From an uncultured Actinomycetota bacterium (lineage in GTDB: Bacteria > Actinomycetota > Actinomycetes > Actinomycetales > CAWJMD01): a DNA stretch of 64,000 nt. Shown here piece after piece: positions 35,438 to 45,865 of the stretch; the first letter of the stretch is position 1; each line of letters begins with the position of its first letter. The DNA lies in assembly GCA_963835085.1 (NCBI GenBank), contig CAWIED010000004.1, forward strand, positions 72,508 through 136,507, read 5' to 3'. The translations under genes were made by a program, and so were the position numbers. The notes beneath the pieces are model-generated. The model was not told the origin of the DNA and searched no databases. It worked only from the letters and a program-made list of their open reading frames with translations.

Positions 35438-36505
35438 CTACCCACCTGTGCCCTCGAGCGAGCCGGGAGCGGGCGTGGCCAGCCACTCGTCGATGCGTCG
35501 GCCCAGGTCGAGCTTGACGTCGGCCGGGGCGCGGGAGGCCGCGACGGACGAGCCGGCCAGCCGCGCCAGGTGGGCATCGTCGAAGCCGTGCACAGTTCGG
35601 GCGGCGCGGTACTGCTGCACGATCCGGCTTCCGAACAACAGCGGGTCGTCGGCCCCGAGTGCGATCGTGGCGCCGGCGTCCACCAGGGTGCGCAGGGGCA
35701 CCTCGGCCGGGCTCGGGTAGACCCCAAGTGCGACGTTGCTGCCCGGACAGACCTCCAGTGCCACGCCCGCATCGACGATCTGCCCGAGTACCGCAGGGTC
35801 TTCGGCTGATCTGACCCCGTGCCCGATCCGGTCGGGCCGCAGCAACTCAAGTGTGACGTCGACGTGGTCGGCCCCCAGCAGTTCCCCGGAGTGCGGCACG
35901 CTTGCCAAGCCGGCGCGGCGGGCGATCGCGAAGGCGGGGGCGAAGTCGGACGTCCAGCCCTTGCGTTCGTCGTTGGAGAGCCCGAAGCCCACCACGGTGC
36001 CGGGCCCCTCTCCCGCGTATCGGGCCGCGAGCCGCGCCAGGGTGCGCGCCTCGAAAGGGTGCCTGATCCGGCTGGCGGCAACGATGACGGCCACGCCGAT
36101 GCCAGCGTCCGCCCCCGCGAGCCGGGCCTCGTCGAGCACGATCTCCAGGGCGTTGGTGAGACCTCCAACGAAGGGTGCGTAGCTCGTGGGGTCGACCTGT
36201 AGCTCAAGCCACGCCGAACCCTCGGCCGCGTCGTCGAAGGCTGCTTCGCGCACGATGCGCCGCATGGCGGCCTCGTCGCGAACCACAGCACGAGCCGCGT
36301 CGTACAGGCGCTGGAACCGGAACCAGCCGCGTGCGTCGGGAGTGAGGGCCTGGGCGGCAGTGCCCAGGCTCTGCTCCAGTAGCGATTCAGGCAATCTGAG
36401 GTTGTGCTCTGCCGCCAGCTCCACCAGGGTCTCGACCCGCATGGAGCCGGTGAAATGCAGATGCAGGTGCGCCTTGGGCAGTGCAGCAAGGTCGCGGCCG
36501 GCCAT
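35438..36505 (-). CDS. add: Adenosine deaminase
   Basis: LPKAHLHLHFTGSMR (metal-binding HxH) and a ...FGLSNDER... region. 355 aa. Confidence 0.85.
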   Translation of the reverse strand: MAGRDLAALPKAHLHLHFTGSMRVETLVELAAEHNLRLPESLLEQSLGTAAQALTPDARGWFRFQRLYDAARAVVRDEAAMRRIVREAAFDDAAEGSAWLELQVDPTSYAPFVGGLTNALEIVLDEARLAGADAGIGVAVIVAASRIRHPFEARTLARLAARYAGEGPGTVVGFGLSNDERKGWTSDFAPAFAIARRAGLASVPHSGELLGADHVDVTLELLRPDRIGHGVRSAEDPAVLGQIVDAGVALEVCPGSNVALGVYPSPAEVPLRTLVDAGATIALGADDPLLFGSRIVQQYRAARTVHGFDDAHLARLAGSSVAASRAPADVKLDLGRRIDEWLATPAPGSLEGTGG

Positions 36506-36517
36506 TGCCCGATCTTG

Positions 36518-37258
36518 TCAGGTGCCGCGCAGCCGGTGCGCGCGGGCCACTTCGTCGTAGCGGTCGAGGGCGATCTCGGCCAGGATGGGGTCTGGGCCCA
36601 GCGGCGCGCTGACCACATCGGCACCGCACCGGGCCAACTGATCGTGAAAGAAGCCGGGAGCCAGCAGGTACGAGGCCACGGCCACCGGAGCGCGCGGCCG
36701 CCGGGCACGCGCCATAGCCACCGCCTCAGTCACCGAGGGTTTGGCACTGGCGCCATAACCTATTGTCACTGAACAGTTTTCGGCTACGAGCTGGCGAACG
36801 TGTACGGCTGTCTGAGCCGCGGCCAGGGCGGCATCGGGGTCGCTGGAGCCGGCTGCGGCGAGCACGATCGACCAGCCGTCCCCCACGCCAGCCGCACGGA
36901 GCCGCCGGCACAGCAGATCGGCCAGGCGTGGGTCCGGACCCAGTGGCCCGGCAGCGGCGGCGCCGCCGGCGGGCGACAGAGCCGGACAGGCGGCCACGGC
37001 TCGGGCGACGTCCACCCGCACGTGATAGCCCACGGACAGCAGCAGCGGCACGACGATCACGGTGGCACCTGCTCTGAGGTCAGGAAGGAGTTCCGCCGTC
37101 ACATCGCCCACGAACGGCGCCTGCACGTCTACGTGCGCGAGGTGTAGTTGCAGGCCGGCCCGGCGCCGGCGCGCGTCCGCGACTATGGAGCTGACCACCG
37201 CCCGGCCTGCTAGATCGCTGGTGCCGTGCGACACCAGAACGGCGTGGTGGGTTGCCAT
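36518..37258 (-). CDS. Sirohydrochlorin chelatase (CbiX/SirB-like, two-domain)
   Basis: MATHHAVLVSHGTSD...VVPLLLSVGYH...IVLAAAGSSD...ASYLLAPGFF. Start set at the ATG at 37258 because the longer ORF overlaps cobA out of frame. Confidence 0.75.
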   Translation of the reverse strand: MATHHAVLVSHGTSDLAGRAVVSSIVADARRRRAGLQLHLAHVDVQAPFVGDVTAELLPDLRAGATVIVVPLLLSVGYHVRVDVARAVAACPALSPAGGAAAAGPLGPDPRLADLLCRRLRAAGVGDGWSIVLAAAGSSDPDAALAAAQTAVHVRQLVAENCSVTIGYGASAKPSVTEAVAMARARRPRAPVAVASYLLAPGFFHDQLARCGADVVSAPLGPDPILAEIALDRYDEVARAHRLRGT

Positions 37259-37263
37259 GGAGC

Positions 37264-38034
37264 TCAACTGGCGCGGGGAGAGCGGGGAGCGCGGGGCTCC
37301 AGGGGCACCCGCTCGGCGATCGTCGCCAGGCCGACAGCCACGTCGCCCACCACGATCACGGCAGGCGCCCCCACTTTGAGCCGCGCGCACTCGGTGGCCA
37401 TCGTCGCGAGGTCGGCTCGCACGATCCGTTGGTCGTTGCTCCAGGCGCGGTGCACCACGGCAACCGGGGTGGTGGCCGGCAGCCCGGCGCGGGTGAGGCC
37501 GGCCCCGATCTCGTGCAGCCGGCTCATGCCCATCAGGACGACGATCGTGCCGCCCACCGTAGCCAAGGCGGCGTAGTCGAGGGACTCGTGCCCGCTGATG
37601 ATGGTGACCGACTTCGACAAGCCCCGATGAGTCACCGGGATATCGGCGGCCAGGGGCGCCGACAGGGCGCTCGTCACTCCCGGGACGACCTCCACCTCGA
37701 TGCCCGCTGCCCGGCAGGCCTGCACCTCCTCGCCACCGCGGCCGAGCAGGAACGGATCGCCGCCCTTGAGTCGCACGACCCGCTTTCCGGCCAGGGCATG
37801 CTCGATGAGAATGGCCTCGATGTCGCGCTGTGGGATGGGGTGGTGGAACGGGGTCTTGCCCACATCGAAGACCTCGACCTCGGCCGGAAGATCGCTCCAC
37901 AACGCTCTCGGCGCCAGTCGGTCGACGACCACCACCTCGGCCTCGGCGAGGGCGCGGGCGCCGCGCACGGTGATGAGGTCAGGATCGCCGGGGCCGGCGC
38001 CCACCAGGGTGACCTTCCCTGCCGTGTGGCTCAC
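37264..38034 (-). CDS. cobA: Uroporphyrinogen-III C-methyltransferase
   Basis: GKVTLVGAGPGDPDLITVRGARAL...VVRLKGGDPFLLGRGGEE...VVPGVTSA. Confidence 0.88.
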   Translation of the reverse strand: MSHTAGKVTLVGAGPGDPDLITVRGARALAEAEVVVVDRLAPRALWSDLPAEVEVFDVGKTPFHHPIPQRDIEAILIEHALAGKRVVRLKGGDPFLLGRGGEEVQACRAAGIEVEVVPGVTSALSAPLAADIPVTHRGLSKSVTIISGHESLDYAALATVGGTIVVLMGMSRLHEIGAGLTRAGLPATTPVAVVHRAWSNDQRIVRADLATMATECARLKVGAPAVIVVGDVAVGLATIAERVPLEPRAPRSPRAS

Positions 38035-38247
38035 GTGGCCACGTTACTCACTCCGCGCGCGGGCCTGCCGCCCTGCCCGGCCGAAGGCGTTGCGGGAGGA
38101 TTTGCACCATCTGATTTCCCGATCTCATTCGACCTCGCGGTCGGTGCCGCGTACACTTCACGGAGCGGTTGCACGCCGTCATGCTCTTGCGCGCCTGTCT
38201 CGGGAACGAGCGGGTGGCTATGAAGCAGGATGGTGCAGATCGCAGAT

Positions 38248-38320
38248 AGGGCAGTGGCGCAATTGGCAGCGCACCGGTCTCCAAAACCGGCGGTTGTGGG
38301 TTCGAGTCCCTCCTGCCCTG
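38248..38320 (+). tRNA. tRNA-Trp (anticodon CCA), CCA not encoded
   Basis: AGGGCAG/CTGCCCT acceptor, CCGGT-CTCCAAA-ACCGG anticodon arm, T-arm GTGGG-TTCGAGT-CCCTC (one U-U mismatch). Canonical position upstream of secE-nusG. Confidence 0.88.
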
Positions 38321-38375
38321 CGGGTCGTCGTGGATGCACCGTCCACGATGAGTTCGTTCGAGAGAAAGTTAGTTT

Positions 38376-38687
38376 GTGACCGACAAGGCAGACGAGACCG
38401 AGATGACCGAAGAGTCGTCGTCGCGCTCAACCGGCGACACGCCTGAGCGCGCTGCCACCTCGTCGCGCTCGGGCGGCACTGAGCGCAAAGAACGGCGCCG
38501 TTCGGGCGGACTGATGCTCTTCCTGCGCGAGGTCATCGCCGAGCTCCGCAAGGTCGTTTACCCCACTCGCCAAGAGCTGTTGACCTACACGAGCGTGGTG
38601 ATCGTCTTCGTGCTCGTGGTCATGCTGTTCGTCTCCGTGCTCGACTTCGGTATCGCCAGGCTCATGAGTTGGGCCTTTGCCGGCTGA
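38376..38687 (+). CDS. secE: Preprotein translocase subunit SecE
   Basis: C-terminal LFLREVIAELRKVVYPTRQELLTYTSVVIVFVLVVMLFVSVLDF. Synteny with nusG. Confidence 0.88.
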   Translation: MTDKADETEMTEESSSRSTGDTPERAATSSRSGGTERKERRRSGGLMLFLREVIAELRKVVYPTRQELLTYTSVVIVFVLVVMLFVSVLDFGIARLMSWAFAG

Positions 38688-38741
38688 CGTCTGCTCGTCG
38701 CCCGTCTTGCCGTACCCGCCAGAAGGAAGCAGGTTTGCCCC

Positions 38742-39599
38742 GTGTCCGATCAGTTCGACCCCGCCGAGGAATCTTCGGAGCAGTTCGAGGATGTTGTCGG
38801 CAACGACTCGTCGGCCCACTCGGTTGACCTCGCTGACGAGGCAGATCTTGCTGACGAGGCAGACGTAGACGGCGTGGTATCCGACGACAACGTCGCCGAA
38901 CAGAGTGTCGCGGAAGCCGTCGGCGCCGAAGAGGTCGCCGCCGTCGAGGCGGTTGCCGACGAAGCAGGTGCCGACGAAGCAGGTGCCGACGAGCAGCCGG
39001 CCGAAGAAGTCGACACGGCCGAGGCTTTTCGGACGCGACTGCGCGACAAGCTGGGTGACTGGTACGTCATCCACTCCTACGCCGGGTATGAGAACCGGGT
39101 GAAGGCCAACCTCGAGAACCGGATCTCCTCCCTCAACATGGAGGACTACATCTTCGAGGTCGAGGTGCCCATGGAAGAGGTCACCGAGATCAAGAACGGC
39201 CAGCGTAAGAACGTGCGTCGGGTGCGCATCCCCGGCTACGTGCTGGTTCGGATGGACTTGACGGACGAGTCATGGGGTGCCGTGCGGCACACGCCCGGCG
39301 TCACGGGCTTTGTGGGCAACGCCCACGACCCTGTGCCGCTGAGCATCGACGAGGTGTTCTCGATGCTGGCGCCCACCTTCGACAAGCCCACCGCCGTGGG
39401 CAAGCCCAAGAAGTCCGAGACCACGATCGTGGAGTTCGAGGTGGGCGAGTCGGTGACCGTGATGGAGCCGCCGTTCGAGACGTTGCCCGCTACGATCACG
39501 GAGATCAACCCCGACTCCCAGAAGCTCAAGGTGCTCGTGTCGATCTTCGGCCGCGAGACGCCGGTGGAGCTGGGGTTCAACCAGGTGGCCAAGCTCTAA
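38742..39599 (+). CDS. nusG: Transcription termination/antitermination factor NusG with an acidic N-terminal extension
   Basis: [19 protein letters not shown]...[11 protein letters not shown]...[24 protein letters not shown] (KOW). N-terminal about 100 aa is D/E/A-rich with 18-bp repeats. Confidence 0.92.
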   Translation: MSDQFDPAEESSEQFEDVVGNDSSAHSVDLADEADLADEADVDGVVSDDNVAEQSVAEAVGAEEVAAVEAVADEAGADEAGADEQPAEEVDTAEAFRTRLRDKLGDWYVIHSYAGYENRVKANLENRISSLNMEDYIFEVEVPMEEVTEIKNGQRKNVRRVRIPGYVLVRMDLTDESWGAVRHTPGVTGFVGNAHDPVPLSIDEVFSMLAPTFDKPTAVGKPKKSETTIVEFEVGESVTVMEPPFETLPATITEINPDSQKLKVLVSIFGRETPVELGFNQVAKL

Positions 39600-39768
39600 G
39601 ATCCGGCTTGCGTCTCCTTGATCGCCAGGAAGCGCTGAGTTTGGCGTCCACGGCACCACGTAAAGACTGCAACACCAACCGACCGCCAGGTGCACCGCGC
39701 CTGGAATTCGCGGCCGTCCCACCTCGGACGGAACCACCGCGTCAACCACAGAAGGAAGAGGTAGGGCT

Positions 39769-40197
39769 ATGCCCCCCAAGAAGAAGGTCACAGGTCTGAT
39801 CAAAATTCAGATCCAGGCCGGTCAGGCCAACCCGGGTGCCGTGGGTCCCGCACTCGGTGCGCGCGGCGTCAACATCATGGAGTTCTGCAAGGCGTACAAC
39901 GCGGCCACCGAGGCCCAGCGCGGCAACGTGATCCCGGTGGAGATCACGGTCTACGAAGACCGTTCGTTCACCTTCATCACCAAGACCCCGCCGGCTGCTG
40001 AGCTCATCAAGAAGGCCGCAGGCGTCGCCAAGGGCTCTGGAGTGCCGCACAAGACCAAGGTCGGCAACCTCACCGCGGCCCAGGTGCGCGAGATCGCCGA
40101 GACCAAGATGGCCGACCTCAACGCCCGCGATTTGGACGCAGCGAGCAAGATCATCGCCGGCACCGCCCGCTCCATGGGCATCACGGTCGAAGGCTGA
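39769..40197 (+). CDS. rplK: 50S ribosomal protein L11
   Basis: [44 protein letters not shown]. Confidence 0.95.
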
Positions 40198-40211
40198 GAG
40201 GGAACCAGACC

Positions 40212-40928
40212 ATGCAGCGCAGCAAGAAGTACCAGGCCGCGGCCGCCAAGATCGACCGCGAGAAGCTCTACTCCCCGCTGGCCGCCGTGCGGCTCGCGAA
40301 GGAGACCTCCACCACGAACTATGACGCCACCGTCGAGGTTGCGCTCCGGCTCGGGGTCGACCCCCGTAAGGCCGACCAGATGGTTCGTGGCACCGTCAAC
40401 CTCCCGCACGGCACGGGCAAGACCGCTCGGGTGCTCGTGTTCGCAACGGGTGACAAGGCCGAGGCCGCCCGTGCGGCCGGCGCCGACTTCGTCGGCTCCG
40501 ACGACTTGATCGAGAAGGTTGCCGGCGGTTTCGTCGATTTCGATGCTGCCGTCGCCACCCCCGACCTGATGGGCAAGGTCGGTCGCCTGGGCCGGGTTCT
40601 CGGTCCGCGTGGCCTCATGCCCAACCCCCGTACCGGCACGGTCACGATGGACGTGGCCAAGGCGGTCGAGGACATCAAGGGCGGCAAGATCGAGTTCCGC
40701 GTCGACAAGCACTCGAACCTGCACTTCATCATCGGCAAGACGTCGTTCTCCGAGCAGAACCTCATCGAGAACTACGCCGCCGCCATCGAAGAGGTGCTGC
40801 GGCTCAAGCCGTCGGCTGCCAAGGGTCGGTACGTGTCGAAGGCCAACATCTCCACCACGATGGGCCCGGGCATCCCGGTCGACCCCAACCGCACCCGCAA
40901 CCTGCTCGAAGAAGAGGTTGACGCCTGA
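40212..40928 (+). CDS. rplA: 50S ribosomal protein L1
   Basis: [20 protein letters not shown]...[11 protein letters not shown]...[14 protein letters not shown]. Confidence 0.95.
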   Translation: MQRSKKYQAAAAKIDREKLYSPLAAVRLAKETSTTNYDATVEVALRLGVDPRKADQMVRGTVNLPHGTGKTARVLVFATGDKAEAARAAGADFVGSDDLIEKVAGGFVDFDAAVATPDLMGKVGRLGRVLGPRGLMPNPRTGTVTMDVAKAVEDIKGGKIEFRVDKHSNLHFIIGKTSFSEQNLIENYAAAIEEVLRLKPSAAKGRYVSKANISTTMGPGIPVDPNRTRNLLEEEVDA

Positions 40929-41131
40929 GTTCCTCATCAGGACGTTTCGTTTGATGGCCGCCCGATTTCGGGCGGCCATCGGCGTTCAGACCGGTTTCAG
41001 GCGCGCCAACGGATCGAACCCAGAATCGAAACGATTTGAATTGCCGTCGCTATTGACGCGATAACACCCGATTCGCGACGCTTGGACACCGCACGACAAC
41101 GACGTTGGCCCGGTCGAGGTGGGGGAAGTTC

Positions 41132-42247
41132 ATGGCAAAGAAGGTCGCGCGACGCGCACTTGCGCTCGCCGCAACGACAGCGCTGGTGCTGACCCCGGTG
41201 GCAGCTGCCCCGGCTTGGTCTGTGGCCAAGAGGCCCAGTCCCGTAGTCATCGCGCACGGGTTGAAGAATCCACGGCAACTGTCGTTCGACGGCAATCGGC
41301 TCTACGTCGCCGAGGCCGGCACTGGCGGCACCGGGGCCTGTACGGCCAGTTCGGAGGGCAGCGAGGTCTGCTTCGGCGACACCGGCGGCGTGACCCGAAT
41401 CGACTCGTCAGGGCAGAAGCGCGTGCTTGGCCAGTTACCCTCGGTTGCCCCTTCGGACGGCAACAGCGCGGTCGGCCCCTCGGACGTCTCCTTCACCGGC
41501 GACTCGTATCAGGTGCTCCTCGGGCTCGGGGCCAACCCGGCGGTGCGTCCCACGCTGGACAACTCCGCTCATGAGCTGGCGTCTCTGGTGGCCGGCAGGC
41601 TCAATCATTCGCGTAGCACTCTCGCCGATCTCGGCGGCTATGAGGCCGCGCACGACCCAGACGGCGCCGGCCCGGACTCCAACCCGGCGGGAATGACGCG
41701 CGCAGGAGGCTCCGTGTACGTCGCCGACGCGGGCGGCAACTCGATCCTCAAGGTCCAGAACAAGAAGGTGACCACGGTCGCCACCCTTCCCACCCAGTTG
41801 GAGGAGGCTCCACCGTCCCTCGGGCTTCCGGCCGGCGCCAAGATCCCCGCACAAGCGGTGCCGACCTCGGTGGCCGTCGGCCCCGACGGCGCGCTCTACG
41901 TCAGCCAGCTGACTGGGTTCCCGTTCCAGCCGGGCAAGGCGTCCATCTACCGAATCGGCAAGAGCGGAAAGCCGACCGTGTACGCGCGCGGGCTGACCAA
42001 CGTCACCGACCTGGCCTGGTATCGCGGGACCCTCTACGCGGTCCAGATCGCCGACGGCGGGCTGCTCGCCGTGCCTGAAGACACCCTTCCCAGTGGGTCA
42101 TTGGTGAAGATCGTCAAGGGGGCTCCCAAGACCGTGGTAGACGATCTGGTAGCCCCGTACGGTGTTGCGCTCCGTGGGGGAAACGCCTACGTCACAACGT
42201 GTTCGGTGTGCGCAACGAAGGGTTCTGTAGTCAGGATCAAGCTCTGA
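41132..42247 (+). CDS. Secreted beta-propeller protein, ScyD/ScyE-family-like
   Basis: Signal peptide MAKKVARRALALAATTALVLTPVAAAPAWS. GLKNPRQLSFDGNRLYVAEAGTGG and repeated propeller-like segments. Confidence 0.7.
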   Translation: MAKKVARRALALAATTALVLTPVAAAPAWSVAKRPSPVVIAHGLKNPRQLSFDGNRLYVAEAGTGGTGACTASSEGSEVCFGDTGGVTRIDSSGQKRVLGQLPSVAPSDGNSAVGPSDVSFTGDSYQVLLGLGANPAVRPTLDNSAHELASLVAGRLNHSRSTLADLGGYEAAHDPDGAGPDSNPAGMTRAGGSVYVADAGGNSILKVQNKKVTTVATLPTQLEEAPPSLGLPAGAKIPAQAVPTSVAVGPDGALYVSQLTGFPFQPGKASIYRIGKSGKPTVYARGLTNVTDLAWYRGTLYAVQIADGGLLAVPEDTLPSGSLVKIVKGAPKTVVDDLVAPYGVALRGGNAYVTTCSVCATKGSVVRIKL

Positions 42248-42301
42248 CCGAGCACTGATTCGCGACCCTGTCGTGGGCCGGCAACGCCGTCTACAAGGCG
42301 G

Positions 42302-43270
42302 TCAGGGCTCTCGACGCGAACCCGGGCTTGACGCAGCGGGCCGACGCCGGACCAGCACCAAAGCTGCCAACAGTCCTCCCAGCAGGCCGCCGAGGTGGCC
42401 CTGCCAGGAGATGTTCGGGCCGAGGAACGTGAAGGCGACGTTGATGCCGAGCCAGGCGAGCACCCCGCGCATATCGCCACCCAGTCGCCACACGACCACC
42501 AGCAGCGCTCCCAGCAGGCCGAAGATGGCTCCCGAGGCACCCAGGGTCAGTGTCTGCGGTGCACTCATCGCGTACACGAACCCTGAGGCGGTCAAGCCTG
42601 AGAACAGATAGATCGCGAGGTAGCGGCTTGCCCTTACGACGCGGCACAGCTGTGGCCCCAGGAAGAACAGCGCCAGCATGTTCATTCCGAGGTGCATGAG
42701 ATCCACGTGTGTGAAGACGTTGGTGATCACCTGCCAGTAGGCGCCGTCCGCCACTCCCGCAGACCAGGTTCCGAACGCGGCGCAGGTCTGCCGGCCGATC
42801 TGGGGGTAGATCGCGTCCGGCTGCGAAAGGGGAACGCACACCCCATGCGGACGCAAGCCGAGCCGGTCGGTCCACAGACTTGCCTGGCCGCCGGTGGCCG
42901 TGATCAGCAGCCAAACGGCCACGTTGAGCGCGATCAAGACGGCCGTGTATCTGTCGGGACGGGCACTGGCTCTCTGCGCTGCAGGCCTCCCGGCGTGGGG
43001 CTGGTGGGTCGAGGTCTGCGCCGGTTGCGGCTGGCCTGGTTGTAGCCGGCCTGGTTGTAGCTGGCCTGGTTGTAGCTGGCCCGGTTGCAGCCGGCCTGGT
43101 TGTAGCCGGTCCGGTTCCGGCTTGGGTGAACGCCAGCGCTCGGGCAGGTGGCCGGGCCCCTGCTGGCCGGGTTCGTCACTCACGCTGACCTGCTTCCATC
43201 CGCCACCTGAGCCCCCAGCATAGATTCGCCGCGGCAACCGAACCCGGGCGAACGCCGGCACTGTGATCAT
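42302..43270 (-). CDS. Rhomboid-family intramembrane serine protease with an N-terminal Q/P/G repeat region
   Basis: HLGMNMLALFFLG and catalytic GASGAIFGLLGA motifs. Start uncertain (an internal GTG giving MSDEPGQQ is possible). Confidence 0.82.
   Translation of the reverse strand: MITVPAFARVRLPRRIYAGGSGGGWKQVSVSDEPGQQGPGHLPERWRSPKPEPDRLQPGRLQPGQLQPGQLQPGRLQPGQPQPAQTSTHQPHAGRPAAQRASARPDRYTAVLIALNVAVWLLITATGGQASLWTDRLGLRPHGVCVPLSQPDAIYPQIGRQTCAAFGTWSAGVADGAYWQVITNVFTHVDLMHLGMNMLALFFLGPQLCRVVRASRYLAIYLFSGLTASGFVYAMSAPQTLTLGASGAIFGLLGALLVVVWRLGGDMRGVLAWLGINVAFTFLGPNISWQGHLGGLLGGLLAALVLVRRRPAASSPGSRREP
43021..43125. repeat. 15-bp tandem repeat (about 7 units) encoding the (Q/R)LQPG array of the rhomboid N-terminus
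   Basis: CTGGTTGTAGCTGGC and variants run head to tail. Confidence 0.75.
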
Positions 43271-43276
43271 CGGGGG

Positions 43277-43621
43277 ATGGATGTCTACGAGATCTCAGTC
43301 GACCTCGCGTCGGGAGTGCGCGACCTCGACTTCGCCGACGCACTTGCCCGCTACCTCGACGACCTCGGCGCCGACAGCCGGATCCACTCCTGGAGACTGC
43401 TGCGCCGCAAGCTGGGCTTCGGGGAGGGCCAGGAGTTCAAGGTGCTGATCGAGACGCGCAACCTTGCTCAATTGGACGGGGCGTTCCAGGTGGTCTCGGC
43501 GCGTTCGGGTCCGATCGAGGACGCCCACGCCGGGGTCAACCAGCTGGTCAGCAACTTCCACGCCGCGCTCTACCGCGACTTTCCCGACCCGAACCGGGAG
43601 CGCGGTCAGGAGCGCTTCTGA
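43277..43621 (+). CDS. Hypothetical protein (114 aa)
   Basis: Clean ORF with high GC3. MDVYEISVDLASGVRDLDFADALARYLDDL... No family recognised. Confidence 0.5.
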   Translation: MDVYEISVDLASGVRDLDFADALARYLDDLGADSRIHSWRLLRRKLGFGEGQEFKVLIETRNLAQLDGAFQVVSARSGPIEDAHAGVNQLVSNFHAALYRDFPDPNRERGQERF

Positions 43622-44364
43622 CGTGTCGCCCGCCGGATGATCGCCAGGGCCACCGCCACCTGCGCCATGAGCAGAACGATGCCGAAGGCCACCTCGTCCC
43701 AGCCGAAGACAAGGCCCGTCCGCAGCGTGACGACCGTGGTGGCCGCCGGGTAGAACAGCGGCCAGGCGATCAGCAGGTTGCGGGTGGTGGCGAACACTGC
43801 CGCGAAGAAGGGCGCGAAGCACCCAAGGCCGACGGCGTCGGCAACGGGCATCGCACCCAGATGCTGCAGTGTGCTGCCGAGCCCCACCAGCACGACGGCC
43901 GGAAGGATGCCGAACGCCTTTTCCCAGCGCAGATACAACCAGCCGAAGAGGAAGAAGGGCTCCCAGAGCATCAGCAGATTCGAGAGCAGCTGGGTGGTCA
44001 GTGAGACACCGGCGTCCTGGGCGAGTCGGTTGGCCAGGGCGATGCCGCCTGCCCCGAGCACGGCTGACACGGCGAACGACCAGCCTGCGTTGCGACGGGT
44101 GATGCCCAGGTCGGCCCAAGGTGCGCCGGAGCGGGCGATCGTCCACACCGGCACCGCTGTCCCGCCCACGAGGATCACGAGCGTGAAAGCGAACGGGACT
44201 CCGGCGTCCGCTTCAAGGTAGTTCGCCAGCCAGAGCCCGGCGAGCGTCAGCGCCGCCACGCCGGTATCGGCGGCTGGCGTGCCACCGAACCAGCGGCGAC
44301 GGTGGGTCGGGCGATCGTCCAGGGCAGGTGTGCTGGGAGCCAGCGTGCTGTCCATAACGGCCAA
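43606..44364 (-). CDS. Polytopic membrane protein, tentatively CPBP-like
   Basis: Seven or so hydrophobic segments. WEPFFLFGWLYLRWE resembles a degenerate EExxFRG motif. Assignment is weak. Confidence 0.5.
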   Translation of the reverse strand: MAVMDSTLAPSTPALDDRPTHRRRWFGGTPAADTGVAALTLAGLWLANYLEADAGVPFAFTLVILVGGTAVPVWTIARSGAPWADLGITRRNAGWSFAVSAVLGAGGIALANRLAQDAGVSLTTQLLSNLLMLWEPFFLFGWLYLRWEKAFGILPAVVLVGLGSTLQHLGAMPVADAVGLGCFAPFFAAVFATTRNLLIAWPLFYPAATTVVTLRTGLVFGWDEVAFGIVLLMAQVAVALAIIRRATRQKRS

Positions 44365-44717
44365 ACCTACTGCGTGTCGACAGCCTCGGACCGTTGCGGT
44401 CTAGCCGAGGATTTGGGTCCTTCGGCCGGCAGCGGCTACCCTTATCGATGCCGAAGACCGCCGGTTGACGTCTTCACCACTTCTCACGCAGGCAGTTCAC
44501 GCTCCGAGTCGTTCTCTCTGAGTCGTGCACGATGCCTGCTACGGAGGCGAAGACGTCCGAAGGCCCACGAACACGTGGCGTCCAGCGCAGGTGCCCGCAG
44601 TACCCGTTCCGCCCAAGCTGTTCAGCAGGCGATCCGTGTGCCCCGTGCTCCTGCGCGGGGCTTTTGTGTGTTCAGGGGCGGGAAACGACCGGCACACCCC
44701 ACCACGGAAGGAGCGCC
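44365..44717 (+). promoter_or_regulatory. rplJ 5' leader (L10-leader-type region) with a terminator-like hairpin and U-tract at 44640-44672
   Basis: About 350-nt non-coding gap before rplJ. GCCCCGtgctcctgCGCGGGGC followed by TTTTGTGTGTT, 45 nt before the ATG. RBS GGAAGGAG. Confidence 0.4.
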
Positions 44718-45299
44718 ATGGCAAAGCCTGACAAGGCCGCCGCGGTCGCCGAGCTCACGGAGAAGTTCACGAGCTCGAACGCTGGGGTGCTCACGGAGTA
44801 CCGGGGCCTGACTGTCAGTCAGCTCAAGACTCTGCGCACCTCGCTGGGGAACGATGCCACCTACACGGTGGCGAAGAACACGCTGACGGCGATCGCAGCC
44901 AAGGAGGCCGGCGTCGACGCGTTCGACGGCCAGCTCTCGGGCCCGTCCGCCATCGCCTTCGTCACCGGTGACCCGGTGTCGGTGGCCAAGAGCCTGCGTG
45001 ACTTTGCCAAGACGAACCCCCAGCTCGTCATCAAGTCCGGCTATCTCGACGGCAAGCCGCTGTCGGTTGCCGAAATCACCAAGCTTGCCGACCTCGAGTC
45101 GCGCGAGGTCCTGCTGGCCAAGCTGGCAGGTGCGATGAAGGCGTCCCACACCAAGGCTGCCTACCTCTTCGCGGCACCGCTCTCGCAGGCGGCCCGCACG
45201 TTCGATGCGCTGCGCGCCAAGGTCGCCGACGGTGCCCCCGCCGACGCCGCGGCGGATGCCTCACCGCAGGACGCAACGCAGGACTCAGCCGAGGGCTGA
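44718..45299 (+). CDS. rplJ: 50S ribosomal protein L10
   Basis: [40 protein letters not shown]... Confidence 0.95.
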   Translation: MAKPDKAAAVAELTEKFTSSNAGVLTEYRGLTVSQLKTLRTSLGNDATYTVAKNTLTAIAAKEAGVDAFDGQLSGPSAIAFVTGDPVSVAKSLRDFAKTNPQLVIKSGYLDGKPLSVAEITKLADLESREVLLAKLAGAMKASHTKAAYLFAAPLSQAARTFDALRAKVADGAPADAAADASPQDATQDSAEG

Positions 45300-45400
45300 G
45301 CCCACCAGGGGGATCACCCCGCCCGGTGGGCCACCCCGGCACACCGTTCGACCAGCACCGCCCCACCCTCAACGGGGCACCAAAAGGAAGGACCGCCACC

Positions 45401-45787
45401 ATGGCGAAGCTCAGCACCGACGAGCTGCTCGACGCGTTCAAGGACATGACCCTGCTCGAGCTCTCGGAGTTCGTGAAGAAGTTCGAGGAGACCTTCGAGG
45501 TCACCGCGGCCGCCCCGGTCGCCGTTGCCGCCGCCGGCGGCGCTGCTGCCGCTCCGGTCGAGGCCGAGGAGGAGCAGTCGGAGTTCGACGTCATCCTCAC
45601 CGGCGCCGGTGAGAAGAAGATCCAGGTCATCAAGGAGGTGCGCGCCCTCACCAGCCTCGGCCTGAAGGAGGCCAAGGACCTGGTCGACGGCGCCCCCAAG
45701 GCCGTCCTGGAGAAGGTCAACAAGGAGGCCGCAGACAAGGCCAAGGCCGCCCTCGAGGGCGCTGGCGCCTCCGTCGAGGTCAAGTGA
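45401..45787 (+). CDS. rplL: 50S ribosomal protein L7/L12
   Basis: [34 protein letters not shown]...[28 protein letters not shown]. Confidence 0.95.
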   Translation: MAKLSTDELLDAFKDMTLLELSEFVKKFEETFEVTAAAPVAVAAAGGAAAAPVEAEEEQSEFDVILTGAGEKKIQVIKEVRALTSLGLKEAKDLVDGAPKAVLEKVNKEAADKAKAALEGAGASVEVK

Positions 45788-45808
45788 CCTCAGCTTCCTG
45801 AGAGCGCC

Positions 45809-45842
45809 GAAAGGCGGGACGGTCACGACCGTCCCGCCTTTC
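45809..45842 (+). terminator. Hairpin terminator after rplL
   Basis: GAAAGGCGGGACGGT-cacg-ACCGTCCCGCCTTTC (15-bp stem), 22 nt after the rplL stop. Confidence 0.7.
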
Positions 45843-45865
45843 GTGTCCCCAGGGGCCAAGACCAC

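Noticed and set aside
35434-36708. 424-aa ORF overlapping adenosine deaminase in another frame
   Set aside because: The out-of-frame overlap has a W/R/P/S-rich composition. The add frame carries the HxH metal-binding signature.
37259-37900. N-terminal 214-aa extension of the chelatase ORF (36518..37900)
   Set aside because: The extension overlaps cobA out of frame and is R/G/P-rich. The conserved CbiX-like sequence starts at the ATG at 37258, 5 nt from the cobA stop.
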